From positions 1-64,000 of the IMG/VR virus record IMGVR_UViG_3300025930_000007: DNA of 64,000 nucleotides. One strand, given 5' to 3'. Under the pieces are notes generated by a model. It was not told the DNA's origin and searched no databases. It saw nothing but the letters and a program-made list of their open reading frames with translations. The position numbers were made by a program, and so were the translations under genes. How positions within the stretch are numbered: position 1 is the stretch's first letter; each line of letters starts with the position of its first letter. Shown here in pieces: positions 10,157 through 20,927 of the stretch.

Positions 10157-10362
10157 TGCCTTATCCTCAGGATCCGTTCGCCCTGAAAATCACGTCGGGC
10201 TATAAGTGCCCGACTTGCCAGAATCGTCCACTCATCCGCGAAACAAAAGATCAGCAATCTTCTTTCCTGGGACAGGTTCGTTGCGAAAGCTGCGGATTTG
10301 TTTCCGACGCGGCGTCGATGAGAACGGCTCAGACGGCCGCGAGGGTAAAAGCTAAGTCATGA
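10156..10362 (+). CDS. Small Zn-ribbon protein (CxxC..CxxC)
   Basis: CPTC and CESC; paralog of 14653-14859. Confidence 0.7.
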   Translation: MPYPQDPFALKITSGYKCPTCQNRPLIRETKDQQSSFLGQVRCESCGFVSDAASMRTAQTAARVKAKS

Positions 10363-10379
10363 GGAAGAGATAGCCTCGT

Positions 10380-12071
10380 ATGACGATACAATATAACGCT
10401 GTTCCGGACCGCGCGGCGACTATCGTGGTCCATCCCACGCCTGGTATCGGCGACGCGACGACCATTGCCGATGGCCTCAGGTTGCTTCCCGCAGGCGGCG
10501 GGGACATTTTCGTGCGCGAAGGGACGTATCCGATCTCTGCCACGATCACGTTGCCGGTGGGTAAGCCGGTCGCGATCCGCGGCGTGGGAAATGCTGCGAT
10601 CATCGATCTCGGTGCCAACGCGATCCCGGCCTTCACGATTCCTGACGGGGCGACCGTAAACACTCCCGTCATCTTCGATGGCTTCAAAGTCACCGGGAAT
10701 GAGACGGCTGGACAAAAATTGCTCGTTTACGGAGACAACAGCGGCCTGGTCGAAGTCTACATGGAGAACATCGTCACGACTGGAGTCGAGACGACGATCG
10801 ATTCCACGAGCAACGCCTCGGCATCCTCTACCCCGGGCCAGGATGATCCGCGCTTCCATCTCCTCCGGTGCCGGATCCGTCCCTGCGCCACCAACAACAG
10901 CGTCATCCTCCACAATACCGGCTTCGGCCTTCCGCGCGCCTGGCTGACCGAAGTCGAGTTCATCGGGGACTCCCTCTTCGCCATTCCTGCGCTCCGGACA
11001 GCCCCGCTCTTCGGCAGGTTGGCCGATGACAGTTGGTTCGGCGACTGCTACCTGGACAGTTGCGAGATGTCGATCGGGACGGACGAAAGCGACTTCGCGA
11101 CGTTCGAGTGCTTCAATAGCACTCTCTGGAACAATGACAACGTCAATCTGACCGTCACCTACTTCCTGTTCGGCAGCTTTGAGGGCTTGAACCCGGGCAC
11201 CGTCCGCGACTCGGCCTGCCGCGGCATCTACTTCGAGGCTGAAGAAGCCGGGTCGAACTTCTTTTCGAACTGGCTCCAGGACTGCCCCATCGGGATCTTC
11301 GGCGCTGGTGTCGTGGTCGGTGACAACCAGATCATCGAAGTGCGGAATCCATGGCCTGTCGCTCATCCCTTCGGCATCCAGATTCAGAATGAGCAGGCGG
11401 TAATCCGAAACAACCGGTTCCGGTTCCGGCAGACGACTCCCCAGCAGATCATTGATGTCGAGGTCTCCACAAGAATTCTCGGAAACGATTTCTCCGAGTG
11501 CTTCCCCCCTGTAAACGGGACGATCCTGCTCAATAGCGGCGAGAACATCATCACCGACAACTATTTCACATTCGCGCCGACCACGGGACCGAACGTCAAC
11601 GAGACAGGCGGCGGTGGTGCGAGCTATTACGACAACAACAACCGCCTCTTCACGAACAAGACGGGCGGCGGCCCCATCGTGGATCCGATCCTCCCTCATG
11701 GAAACGGGTCGACTATTCAGGGGACCACTGGCGTAGCTGGGAACAGTTCCGTGGGCGGGACGGCCACAAACAGCATCATCGTCTGGTATAGGAATCCCTA
11801 TGGCCTGGCGATGGTGAAGGGATATATCCAGAACACGGGCGCGAACAATATTACCGTCCAGGAGACCTTCCGCCTCGATACCTTAGGCACATTCACGAAG
11901 TCTACGGTAGTAGCCCCGGGTGCTAAGCTGACGCTCGACCCGTATGACTTCGCGGGAACAGCTATCCCGGCGGGTTCATTCCAGTGCTACGACTACCGAG
12001 CGGACGTTTCAGGTACTACGATTTCCTGGTATACGTTCTTCCCGATGCCTGGCGGCGTGCTCGGAACCTAA
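10380..12071 (+). CDS. Beta-helix fibre/spike head lacking the anchor and collagen
   Basis: 'GDIFVREGTYP' motif; C-terminal 'IQNTGANN' domain. Confidence 0.8.
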   Translation: MTIQYNAVPDRAATIVVHPTPGIGDATTIADGLRLLPAGGGDIFVREGTYPISATITLPVGKPVAIRGVGNAAIIDLGANAIPAFTIPDGATVNTPVIFDGFKVTGNETAGQKLLVYGDNSGLVEVYMENIVTTGVETTIDSTSNASASSTPGQDDPRFHLLRCRIRPCATNNSVILHNTGFGLPRAWLTEVEFIGDSLFAIPALRTAPLFGRLADDSWFGDCYLDSCEMSIGTDESDFATFECFNSTLWNNDNVNLTVTYFLFGSFEGLNPGTVRDSACRGIYFEAEEAGSNFFSNWLQDCPIGIFGAGVVVGDNQIIEVRNPWPVAHPFGIQIQNEQAVIRNNRFRFRQTTPQQIIDVEVSTRILGNDFSECFPPVNGTILLNSGENIITDNYFTFAPTTGPNVNETGGGGASYYDNNNRLFTNKTGGGPIVDPILPHGNGSTIQGTTGVAGNSSVGGTATNSIIVWYRNPYGLAMVKGYIQNTGANNITVQETFRLDTLGTFTKSTVVAPGAKLTLDPYDFAGTAIPAGSFQCYDYRADVSGTTISWYTFFPMPGGVLGT

Positions 12072-12080
12072 GGGGGAGCC

Positions 12081-12302
12081 ATGCTAGTTGCCTACTGTGC
12101 CGAGTGCCTTCCACAGAAAGTGGTCCTTGGATATAACGACCGAATCTGTGAGCTCCGGACTCCGCACAACGCACACCCACAGACCAAGAAGAACGGCTAC
12201 TTCCCGATCTCCTACAATGGATGGAAGCAGGTCTTCGTCGAAGGGGACGAAACTCAAACCAAGGCCAATATCGTCGCACAGTTTGGCGGAGAGTTCGTCT
12301 AA
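12081..12302 (+). CDS. Small Cys/His protein
   Basis: CAEC..C..H..H; GGGGGAG SD. Confidence 0.6.
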   Translation: MLVAYCAECLPQKVVLGYNDRICELRTPHNAHPQTKKNGYFPISYNGWKQVFVEGDETQTKANIVAQFGGEFV

Positions 12303-14645
12303 ATGGCTATTCGGCTTCCAGACGGCTCGATCCAGATGGCGGACGGGCGTATTCTCTACGCCAACTCCGTCATCCTCGCAGCCGATCTGATCGAGATCCT
12401 TCCGCTCCTCACGCCTCCGCCGGCGTGGCCTTTCGTCTCGGGCGGCGGCGGCGGCGGCGCGGGCCCGCAAGGCCCCGCGGGACCTGCAGGATCGGGCGGC
12501 GGCGGCGCCGGCACGCAAGGCCAGCAGGGTTTCCAGGGAACGAATCCCGGACCTGTAGGACCGCAGGGCAATAACGGACCTCAGGGCTTCCAGGGCCTGG
12601 CGGGATCCGGAGCTCAGGGCTTCCAGGGAAGCAATGGGCCTCAGGGAAATCAGGGGACTGCCGGAACTCAGGGCTTCCAGGGTCTTACGGGGGCTGGAGT
12701 TCAAGGAAACCAGGGAAATCAGGGCATTGCCGGAGCTGGAACTCAAGGGTTTCAGGGTAATCAGGGCCTGACCGGTGCAGGAGTTCAGGGAAACCAAGGC
12801 AATCAAGGATTGCAAGGGTTCCAAGGTCTAACAGGTGCAGGGACTCAAGGTCCCCAAGGGCCTCAGGGTCTACAGGGGAGTCAAGGTTTCCAAGGCATCA
12901 CAGGAGCTGGAGTCCAGGGCGCGCAGGGACTCCAAGGCCCATCCAGTGCGGGCGCTGACATCTTCGCCGCGACACGCGTCGTCAGCCTGATCGCTGGCGA
13001 CGGCACCGATCTGACGGTAGCCGCCGCGATTGCTGCACTTCCGGCCGAGGGCGGCCGGATCTACGTGAAACAGGGGACGTACACGCTCGCCGCGACGAAC
13101 TCGCTGCCGGACAAGCCGGTCGACATCATCGGCTCCGGCGACGGCACGATCTTCGACCTGACCACGAGCGCCATCGCCGCCTTCACGATCCCGGACATTC
13201 TCACGGAGCGTCGATCCTACACCTTCCAGAACTTCAAGGTGATCGGGAACTCGACAGCCAGCCAGAACGTCGTCGAAATCGCGGATTCCCAATTCTTCGC
13301 GGTCACGAGCATCAAGCGCGTGAACACCGAGGGCATCAAATTCCCCGTCGAGATCACGGGCGGCGGCTTCTCCGCGACCGAGGCCACCCAGATCGAAATC
13401 GAAGACTCCTGGTTCGTCCCCGTTGCGGCTGGTGACGGCGCCCTCGCCAATAACAGCGGGTTCACGAGCTCAGTAGCGGTCACGTGCCGGAACGTGAACT
13501 TCTACGATCCGAACGATAATACGATCGGCGGCACGATCAACAACGACAACTTCTCGAGCCTGGACATCGTCTTCTACGACTGCAACATCTCCTACACCGG
13601 GGAAGACGGCCTCAATACGATCCGGGCTGAGAACAGCAGGATCTTCAACTATCTCGGTCAGGGCGTCGCCACGAACCCGAACTCGATCTTTCTGGGCGGC
13701 CTTGGCGTAGACGACAATAACATCCACCCCTCGTGCTCCTTCGTGAACTGCAACGTCGTGGGAATGTCCTGGATCTTCGGCGAGCAGGTCACCGCCACCG
13801 GTGGCTGGTGGGATTCGAACGTCGTCCAGGCAGAAGTTGTAAACGGGAAATGTACTTTTGATGGGGTTGTCTTCCGCTGCGCCGCGGACGTTCCGCAGTT
13901 CCCGCACTTCGGGACGGACCCCACCGCATATATTCGGGACGGCGGCGAGCTCAATATCATCGGGTGCCGCTTTACGAACCCTGGCGGCCTCGTGAACCGC
14001 TACATCGAAGCTGCGGACTCGATGTACATCGCCTTCTGTGCCTTCGCCAACCAGGCGGCCGGGGCGAATAATTGCGGCATCCATGTAACGGGCCCGAACA
14101 ACATCATCGTCGGCTGCGACTTCGATGCTCTTTGGGCGGCTCCTCCGATCAAGGAGGAAGGTGCCAATGCCGTCGCGAACAACTATACCGACTGCATTGG
14201 CTTGAACGGCAACGGCGGCACGGAGTCGGTCTACGTGACGCCATCGAATATCAGCCCCTCGACCTTCAACGGTTCGGCGCTCTTCCACGCGACAGGGTCG
14301 ACCACCGACGCCCTTGTTGTGATCAAAATGACCCTCTCCGGCCTGGGCACGTCGGACTCCGGCACGAGGATCAACCCGGCTGGCCTGACCGGGCAAGGCA
14401 CGATCAAGAACACGGGTGCCCAGTCCATGGACGTGAAGGAAACGGTTACGGATGCCTTCGGGGTTACCGATAGCGTGACTACGACAGTCACTGCAGGAAA
14501 CGACCTCCTCCTTACGATGGCCGTGAATATAAACACGGCGCGGCCACCCTATGTGTCCTATAAGATCGAGGTAAAGAGCACTGCGGCTGGCGTTCCTACG
14601 ACCTACAGCTACCAGCACACCATGAACTCCGAGGTGACTTGGTGA
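12303..14645 (+). CDS. Collagen-stalk fibre protein 4, beta-helix head plus 'KNTGAQ' domain
   Basis: Shared anchor, G-X-Q repeats; head N- and C-termini homologous to fibre 3. Confidence 0.85.
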   Translation: MAIRLPDGSIQMADGRILYANSVILAADLIEILPLLTPPPAWPFVSGGGGGGAGPQGPAGPAGSGGGGAGTQGQQGFQGTNPGPVGPQGNNGPQGFQGLAGSGAQGFQGSNGPQGNQGTAGTQGFQGLTGAGVQGNQGNQGIAGAGTQGFQGNQGLTGAGVQGNQGNQGLQGFQGLTGAGTQGPQGPQGLQGSQGFQGITGAGVQGAQGLQGPSSAGADIFAATRVVSLIAGDGTDLTVAAAIAALPAEGGRIYVKQGTYTLAATNSLPDKPVDIIGSGDGTIFDLTTSAIAAFTIPDILTERRSYTFQNFKVIGNSTASQNVVEIADSQFFAVTSIKRVNTEGIKFPVEITGGGFSATEATQIEIEDSWFVPVAAGDGALANNSGFTSSVAVTCRNVNFYDPNDNTIGGTINNDNFSSLDIVFYDCNISYTGEDGLNTIRAENSRIFNYLGQGVATNPNSIFLGGLGVDDNNIHPSCSFVNCNVVGMSWIFGEQVTATGGWWDSNVVQAEVVNGKCTFDGVVFRCAADVPQFPHFGTDPTAYIRDGGELNIIGCRFTNPGGLVNRYIEAADSMYIAFCAFANQAAGANNCGIHVTGPNNIIVGCDFDALWAAPPIKEEGANAVANNYTDCIGLNGNGGTESVYVTPSNISPSTFNGSALFHATGSTTDALVVIKMTLSGLGTSDSGTRINPAGLTGQGTIKNTGAQSMDVKETVTDAFGVTDSVTTTVTAGNDLLLTMAVNINTARPPYVSYKIEVKSTAAGVPTTYSYQHTMNSEVTW

Positions 14646-14652
14646 GGATTAA

Positions 14653-14859
14653 ATGAAGCCGTTGCCGCCTGAAGCGCTCTCCGTTAGGGGCCGACTGCTC
14701 AATCGCATGGCCGACTGCCCTGGATGTCAGGTCCACGGGTTGATCTGGACAACGAAGGACGCCAATAGCCCCTACTTGGGCCAGGTCCTATGTCCCTCCT
14801 GCGGCTGGACCAAGACGAAGGAAGAGTTCATGGTCATCTGGAAGGATGCGAATAGCTAA
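14653..14859 (+). CDS. Small Zn-ribbon protein
   Basis: CPGC..'YLGQVLCPSCG' matches 10156-10362. Confidence 0.7.
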   Translation: MKPLPPEALSVRGRLLNRMADCPGCQVHGLIWTTKDANSPYLGQVLCPSCGWTKTKEEFMVIWKDANS

Positions 14860-14862
14860 CCA

Positions 14863-15681
14863 ATGACCGCAACGGCGAGAGCTAATCCTGGAACTACCGC
14901 CCAATTCGTCCAGAACCCCACCGGGTTTGTGGATGGGATCCTATCGGGCGAAATTCTCGCCCAGGCGGTCCCGGCGATGAGCGTTCGGACCGTGAGCTTG
15001 GTCGTCATGCGGAACGGTCTCCAGGAGTCCATTCCCGATCAGACCCTGACGATTACTGCGGCGCCTGCTGCAGGCTTGGTCCGTTGCGATATGGTTCAGT
15101 GGAATGGGACCACGATCAACGTCAAGAATGGCACCGCGGCGGCGATCTCTTCGGCAGACGCACCTACGCCGGACTCTGGCTTCATCCCCCTCGCTCTTAC
15201 GATGGTGTTCAACGGCGACACCACCGTCAGGGATATGGGCAAGCTCGACAGCACATCGTCGAGCAAGGGTCGTATTTATGCCTATTATTTCGCGCGCCGC
15301 GGTATCTTCGCCTCTTCCCAGGCAGCGCAGGACACGACGACGAGCGGCGACGACGTGGAAGTCGCGCTGCCGCTCTACCATCCCAGAAGCAGCGTGATTC
15401 ATATCAAGGGAGCAGGCTCCGCGACTCAAAACTCGAACTTGTCCGGTCTTCAGGTGATCTTGAGACTGGACGGCACACTCATCACGCGATCCCAGGCCAA
15501 GAATCAGTGGAACAGCAATACCGGTTCCATCGGCGACACGGGCAACCAGGATACCGTTGAGACCGAGATGCCGCGCGCCGGCGTGGCCTCCGGAACTCAT
15601 CGCTGGGTGGTCAACTGGACCTTCCGCGCCGCCGGACAAACGCTGACCTATCGGCTTCTGCAGTTGCAGGAAGTCCTGTAA
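14863..15681 (+). CDS. Structural/fibre protein, tandem paralog A
   Basis: First 29 aa identical to the next gene; 'RCDMVQW..KNGTAAA..APTP..IPLA' motif. Confidence 0.75.
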   Translation: MTATARANPGTTAQFVQNPTGFVDGILSGEILAQAVPAMSVRTVSLVVMRNGLQESIPDQTLTITAAPAAGLVRCDMVQWNGTTINVKNGTAAAISSADAPTPDSGFIPLALTMVFNGDTTVRDMGKLDSTSSSKGRIYAYYFARRGIFASSQAAQDTTTSGDDVEVALPLYHPRSSVIHIKGAGSATQNSNLSGLQVILRLDGTLITRSQAKNQWNSNTGSIGDTGNQDTVETEMPRAGVASGTHRWVVNWTFRAAGQTLTYRLLQLQEVL

Positions 15682-15690
15682 GGCGAAACT

Positions 15691-16518
15691 ATGACCGCGA
15701 CAGCGAGAGCTAACCCTGGAACCACCGCCCAATTCGTCCAGAACCCCACCGGGTTTGTGGATGGGATTCTCAGCGGTGTGATCCAGGCTGGTGCTGGCGC
15801 GATGCAGGTCAATTCCTCGAGCCTGATCGTCATGAGGAACGGCATTCAGGAAACCGTTCCTGACACGACGCTCAACGTCACGGCCGCCGACGCTACGAAC
15901 CCTCGCGTGGACATGGTCCAATGGAACGGCACCACGCTTTCCATGAAGAACGGGACAGCGGCGGCGATCGCCACCATGAATGCCCCGACGCCCGATGTAG
16001 GCAACATTCCGCTGGCGCTGATCTTCATCTACGCGAACGGGACGACGATCAAGAACCTCGGTCAGCAGGATGCGACCGGACAGTTTAATGCCATCTTCGC
16101 GTATTATTATGCGCGCCGCGGCCTCTATGCATGCCTCCTTTCGAGGCAGTCGTCGTCGGGACCCTTCGGTGGTACTGCCGACCCGATCGTGGCTCTGCCG
16201 GTGTACAACGCTCGTTCCGGCATCTATCGATTCGAGTACACCGGAAACCTCACGGTAGCAGATGGAAGCACCGTGTGCAGGCTCCAGGTCATTGTAGCCT
16301 TGGATGGGACTCAGTTTACTGGAGCCGGCGGCCCGAACACGACGGTATCTCAGGTCGACACAGCGGCCAGCACCAGCAGTGGTTCGTGCAATGCTCATGT
16401 GAACTACTCTCGAGGGATCATCAGTTCTGGTGTTCACCGCTGGAATCCCTTCATCACGGGGGGAGGCAATACACAGAGTCTGGGCTACCGCCAGGCGGAG
16501 CTCCAGGAGATCCTCTAA
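15691..16518 (+). CDS. Structural/fibre protein, tandem paralog B
   Basis: 'ADATNPRVDMVQW..APTP..IPLA' phage fibre-type motif. Confidence 0.75.
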   Translation: MTATARANPGTTAQFVQNPTGFVDGILSGVIQAGAGAMQVNSSSLIVMRNGIQETVPDTTLNVTAADATNPRVDMVQWNGTTLSMKNGTAAAIATMNAPTPDVGNIPLALIFIYANGTTIKNLGQQDATGQFNAIFAYYYARRGLYACLLSRQSSSGPFGGTADPIVALPVYNARSGIYRFEYTGNLTVADGSTVCRLQVIVALDGTQFTGAGGPNTTVSQVDTAASTSSGSCNAHVNYSRGIISSGVHRWNPFITGGGNTQSLGYRQAELQEIL

Positions 16519-17709
16519 ATGGCTACGCGGCTTTCAGACGGCTCGATCCAGATGGCGGATGGGCGTATCCTGTACGCCAACTCCGTCATCCTCGCAGCCG
16601 ATCTGATCGAGATCCTTCCGCTCCTCATTCCGCCTCCGGCATGGCCTTTCATTTCCGGTGGCGGCGGAGGCGGCGCTGGAACTCCTGGAGCGCGCGGTGC
16701 AGACGGAGCTCCTGGAGCGAATGGCCCTCAAGGCTTCCAGGGACAGAATGGTGCCTTCGGCGGCCCCCAAGGCTCGCAGGGCTTCCAAGGCATGGATGGG
16801 GGTGAGGGGTTCCAAGGCAATCAGGGCTTCCAGGGAACGGGTGCTCAGGGTCCTCAGGGAACGAATCCTGGCGCTCAGGGGCCGCAAGGAAACTTTGGAG
16901 CCCAAGGCTTTCAGGGCTTTCAGGGCATCGATGGGACTCAAGGTACCCAGGGCATTCAAGGGCTGCAGGGAACCAATCCTGGCGTTCAAGGCCCGCAGGG
17001 CAACGACGGGATGCAGGGGATCAACGGTACGCAGGGCCTTCAGGGTTTCCAAGGCAATGAAGGCCTTCAGGGCCTGCAGGGAACGAACCCGGGCGTCCAA
17101 GGGCCTCAGGGCAACCAAGGCTTCCAAGGGATGAACGGAGTCGACGGACCGCAGGGTTTCCAGGGCATTCAGGGCCTGCAGGGAACGAATCCCGGCGTTC
17201 AAGGGCCTCAGGGCAACCAAGGGTTTCAGGGAACGGGAGCGCAAGGCCTGCAGGGTTTCCAAGGCTCCGGCGGCCTTCTCGGGTTTCAAGCACAGGATGC
17301 CGGCACTCTAAGTATCAGCGCGGCTAGTGGAGTCACGGATCTGCCGTCATCCACGCTCAGCTTCACCTTGGCCGCCACCACGCGCGTCGAGTTTTTTGCG
17401 ACCATTTTCAGCAATCAGATGTCACAAGGCCAGCCGGACTCCGGATTCTCCGGCCGTACGCTCCTGCGCGACGTCGGGAACGCGATCACCTACGATCTGG
17501 TTCAGCATGTGAATGCTGGCGCTACCGGTGGAGCTGGCTCATGGACCGGGACAATCGATGCGGGCGTTAGCGGTCGCCGTCTTTTGACGCTTGCTGCCGG
17601 GTCATACACCTTCAAGCTCCAAGCCGTCTGCGACAGCGGTACGGGACTGGACACATTGAATTACACATATCCGCTCGTCTTTACGGTCAAGGACTACGGG
17701 CCGCCGTAA
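16519..17709 (+). CDS. Collagen-stalk fibre protein 5
   Basis: Shared anchor, about 200 aa of G-X-Q, beta-sandwich-like head. Confidence 0.85.
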   Translation: MATRLSDGSIQMADGRILYANSVILAADLIEILPLLIPPPAWPFISGGGGGGAGTPGARGADGAPGANGPQGFQGQNGAFGGPQGSQGFQGMDGGEGFQGNQGFQGTGAQGPQGTNPGAQGPQGNFGAQGFQGFQGIDGTQGTQGIQGLQGTNPGVQGPQGNDGMQGINGTQGLQGFQGNEGLQGLQGTNPGVQGPQGNQGFQGMNGVDGPQGFQGIQGLQGTNPGVQGPQGNQGFQGTGAQGLQGFQGSGGLLGFQAQDAGTLSISAASGVTDLPSSTLSFTLAATTRVEFFATIFSNQMSQGQPDSGFSGRTLLRDVGNAITYDLVQHVNAGATGGAGSWTGTIDAGVSGRRLLTLAAGSYTFKLQAVCDSGTGLDTLNYTYPLVFTVKDYGPP

Positions 17710-17782
17710 TTGAAGGCTAAGAGGCCGTTCGGGATGAAAATTGACGATCCTTCCGTTCCCTCGTTCAAAGTATAAGTCCAGC

Positions 17783-17906
17783 TTGCTTCCTCGGCTCCTT
17801 AAGCGTAAACTTCTAGTACGTCCCGGGCCTCCCCCGGCCTTGGGCTGAGCATTCCAGAGCGTCTTTTCCGCCCAATCTTGGATTATGTCATGAGGCGGAA
17901 TTGATG
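17783..17906 (+). promoter_or_regulatory. Promoter plus conserved leader element, copy 4
   Basis: TTGCTT-17-TAAACT; CCCGGGCC/TCCCCC/GGCCTTGGG; TCCGCCC at 17867-17873 can pair with GGCGGA just before the start. Confidence 0.75.
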
Positions 17907-18560
17907 GCCGATCCAGGCGCCGTCCTCAAGTTTCCCGGGGGAAAGCCTCCTCCTGCTGAAACGCCCCTGCCGCTGACCAGCAAAGGCACGACTGTTCCCA
18001 AACTGAGCTCGTACGACTACGACGAGACCGTAAACCTCTATCAGATCGCCACTTCCGTTAAGAAGAAGGCTGAGGATCTCATTCTGTTCGTAGAACAGAA
18101 TAGATCGGTCGCGCGCCAGGCTGGAATCGAAATGCTGGCCGTGCAGCTCACGTCGATTCTTGAAGGAGAGAAATTCCAAAGAGTAGTCGATTCCCTCGAG
18201 GACTCGGTTTATCGACGCATCCCGGTTGCCTTGACTCAGGCGGGCGTCGATAAAGTCCATCGCATGGAACGGCTCATCGCGGACGCCGATCACGTCATCG
18301 TCAATTACATGAACGGCCGCAAGGTCGAACCGATGATGGGACAGAGTTCGGGTCCTTCCTATTCTCAGATGCCCTTCCCGGTCTATGCCAATTCTGGATC
18401 GAGCGATGCCGGAACCTGGATCCCGGTCGTCATCATCGGGATCGCCGGCATCATAGGAGTGATCGCCATCATTGCGCTCACTAATCGTCCTCGCGAAGCC
18501 GCCCCTGTGGCGCCGGCACCGGCGCTGGCATCGGTGAAAGCCAAGTCGAGAAAAACCTGA
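17904..18560 (+). CDS. Helical protein with C-terminal TM anchor and internal MMGQ motif
   Basis: Hydrophobic 'WIPVVIIGIAGIIGVIAIIAL' followed by a basic tail. Confidence 0.75.
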   Translation: MADPGAVLKFPGGKPPPAETPLPLTSKGTTVPKLSSYDYDETVNLYQIATSVKKKAEDLILFVEQNRSVARQAGIEMLAVQLTSILEGEKFQRVVDSLEDSVYRRIPVALTQAGVDKVHRMERLIADADHVIVNYMNGRKVEPMMGQSSGPSYSQMPFPVYANSGSSDAGTWIPVVIIGIAGIIGVIAIIALTNRPREAAPVAPAPALASVKAKSRKT

Positions 18561-18566
18561 GCTCAA

Positions 18567-20918
18567 ATGAGCGACCTCGACAAGGACATGCAGGGCGGCC
18601 GACTCCGTCGAGTCGGAAAGCCCGAGGACCCGGATGACGCAGTTCGACTTCGCGATATCGCAGGAATCGCGAAGATCGAAGCGCAGAAATGCATTCCTGC
18701 GGCATTCCCGACTGGAATGGGCGGTGGCCGCGGCGATCGCGGAGAGCGCGGGCCACAGGGCCCTGCAGGATCTGGCAGCGGCGGCGGGGGATTCCAGGGA
18801 AATCAGGGCAATCAAGGAAACCAGGGCCCGAGTGGTGCGTTTGGTGGGCCGCAGGGAAATCAAGGATTCCAGGGACAGACAGGACCTCAGGGAAACCAAG
18901 GCAATCTTGGAGCTCAGGGATCCCAAGGATTTCAAGGCTTGCAGGGAAGCGGTGTCCAGGGAAATCAGGGACTTCAGGGCACTTTGGGCCTACAAGGGCC
19001 GCAGGGCTTCCAAGGGACCGGGGCCCAGGGAAATCAGGGTCTACAGGGCTTTCAGGGCCTACAAGGGCCACAGGGCTTTCAGGGAAGCGGATTCCAGGGT
19101 GCTCAAGGTCTGCAGGGACTTCAGGGTATCGATGGAACTCAAGGGTTCCAGGGCTTCCAAGGAACCGGGGCTCAAGGAAATCAGGGCCTGCAGGGCTTTC
19201 AGGGGTTCCAGGGATTCCAGGGATTCCAGGGAACTGCGAACGGCGGAGCTCAAGGGTTCCAGGGATTCCAGGGACCTCAGGGTCTACAAGGTCTCCAGGG
19301 CCTTCAGGGAAATCAGGGCTGGCAGGGTCTACAAGGTCTCCAGGGCCCTCAAGGATTCCAAGGGGCCGACGGGCCGCAAGGTCCTCAGGGCCCCCAAGGA
19401 TTCCAGGGACTTCAAGGAGCTCAGGGAAACCAGGGCTGGCAAGGTCTGCAAGGCCTTCAGGGTCCTCAAGGATTCCAAGGGAACGATGGCCCTCAGGGAA
19501 ACCAGGGGCTGCAGGGACTTCAAGGTCTTCAGGGACCTCAAGGCTTCCAAGGCCTAACCGGGCCTCAGGGAAACCAGGGGCTACAAGGACTTCAGGGGCC
19601 CCAGGGATTCCAAGGACTCACTGGGCCTCAAGGCAATCAAGGTCTCCAAGGCCTTCAGGGTCTGCAAGGGCCTCAAGGGCTGCAGGGACCTCAGGGCTTC
19701 CAAGGATTCCAGGGACCATCCAGTGGATTCTCTGCGGGAGTCTCGACCGGCGGCAATACAGCCGGCAGCACGGGAACAGTTTCCGCGCAGGTCGTGTTTG
19801 CCGGCGGCAATAACATCACGCTCTCGCAGTCAACCCTCGCTGGCGGCCTTGCGACAATCACGATCTCGGGTCGCGATGCTGTTTTTGGTCTCGGCGTATC
19901 GACTGGCGGAAACACTTCGGGCAATACGGGAACGACGAATGGCACCGTTGTTCTAGAGGGAATCGGAGCTGTAACTCTCTCTCAGTCTACTGATGCCGGA
20001 AGTCAAGCGACCATCAGGATTTCCGTAGCGAATGGCATTTTCGGTGCCGGCGTCTCTACGGGCGGCAATACTTCCGGAACGACTGGAACCGTCACAGGCA
20101 CGCTGGTCTTGGCCGGTGGAAACAATATTACTCTCTCGCAATCGACTGATACCGGCGGCGCGACGATCACGATCTCTGGCGCCAATGGCTTCGGCGCCGG
20201 CGTCTCGACGGGCGGCAACACTTCCGGGACGACAGGAACAAATGGCGGGACGCTGGTGCTTGTTGGGGGCAATGGAGTTACGCTCTCTCAAGCAACCGGC
20301 ACCGGCGGTAACACTATCACGATCTCCGGCGATGCTACCAACCTTCGGATCTTGTCCCACAATGCCGAATGGGTCTCCAACTGGACGGTGTTGAACCAGA
20401 CGCTCAGCCTAGTCCGGATCACGGTGCCACGCCTTGTCGTCGGGACGCGCATGGAATTCGTGATCGATCTGACGGGCAACTCGAACTCATCCGGCGCGTT
20501 CACGATCTCGGCCGGCTTCTATACGATGTCGGGATCGACTGCATCTCTCGCTACGAGCGGTTCCAGGCAAATCTCCTGGAGCTCCGGCAGCGCCACCAGC
20601 GTCTCAACCATCTATGGCGGCAATTCCGGAACGAGATTCCGGACATTGGCTATCAATGCCACTCTGACTCCGGGCGATTACCTTGTCGGCCTGAACTTCC
20701 AGACTTCCAATAACGGGACATGGAGGATATTCGGACGGCAGGGAATGTCGATCGTCGGGGCTCTGGACACCAATGAAACAAATATCTTCCTGGATGGAAC
20801 GTCAGTGTCTTCGACAGGCGCGTTCCCGGTCTCCATCAACGTCACGGACACGAACTACGCGCGCACGGGAGGAAGTGCCCTCAGGCAGCCAGGGTTCATC
20901 GTGGCAGGCACGTTGTAA
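18567..20918 (+). CDS. Long collagen fibre with GVSTGGNT(S/A)G repeats
   Basis: About 310 aa of G-X-Q, four roughly 52-aa repeats, C-terminal head. Confidence 0.85.
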   Translation: MSDLDKDMQGGRLRRVGKPEDPDDAVRLRDIAGIAKIEAQKCIPAAFPTGMGGGRGDRGERGPQGPAGSGSGGGGFQGNQGNQGNQGPSGAFGGPQGNQGFQGQTGPQGNQGNLGAQGSQGFQGLQGSGVQGNQGLQGTLGLQGPQGFQGTGAQGNQGLQGFQGLQGPQGFQGSGFQGAQGLQGLQGIDGTQGFQGFQGTGAQGNQGLQGFQGFQGFQGFQGTANGGAQGFQGFQGPQGLQGLQGLQGNQGWQGLQGLQGPQGFQGADGPQGPQGPQGFQGLQGAQGNQGWQGLQGLQGPQGFQGNDGPQGNQGLQGLQGLQGPQGFQGLTGPQGNQGLQGLQGPQGFQGLTGPQGNQGLQGLQGLQGPQGLQGPQGFQGFQGPSSGFSAGVSTGGNTAGSTGTVSAQVVFAGGNNITLSQSTLAGGLATITISGRDAVFGLGVSTGGNTSGNTGTTNGTVVLEGIGAVTLSQSTDAGSQATIRISVANGIFGAGVSTGGNTSGTTGTVTGTLVLAGGNNITLSQSTDTGGATITISGANGFGAGVSTGGNTSGTTGTNGGTLVLVGGNGVTLSQATGTGGNTITISGDATNLRILSHNAEWVSNWTVLNQTLSLVRITVPRLVVGTRMEFVIDLTGNSNSSGAFTISAGFYTMSGSTASLATSGSRQISWSSGSATSVSTIYGGNSGTRFRTLAINATLTPGDYLVGLNFQTSNNGTWRIFGRQGMSIVGALDTNETNIFLDGTSVSSTGAFPVSINVTDTNYARTGGSALRQPGFIVAGTL

Positions 20919-20927
20919 CGAGGAATT

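Noticed and set aside
1102-17709. Near-identical repeats among fibre genes as a DGR template/variable pair or an invertible shufflon
   Set aside because: Repeats are direct, at 5' ends, differences are not adenine-specific, and no reverse transcriptase or invertase is in the window
18760-19720. Dense 9-nt-period repeats that might suggest a CRISPR array or satellite
   Set aside because: Explained by G-X-Q collagen codons; no constant repeat with unique spacers and no cas genes
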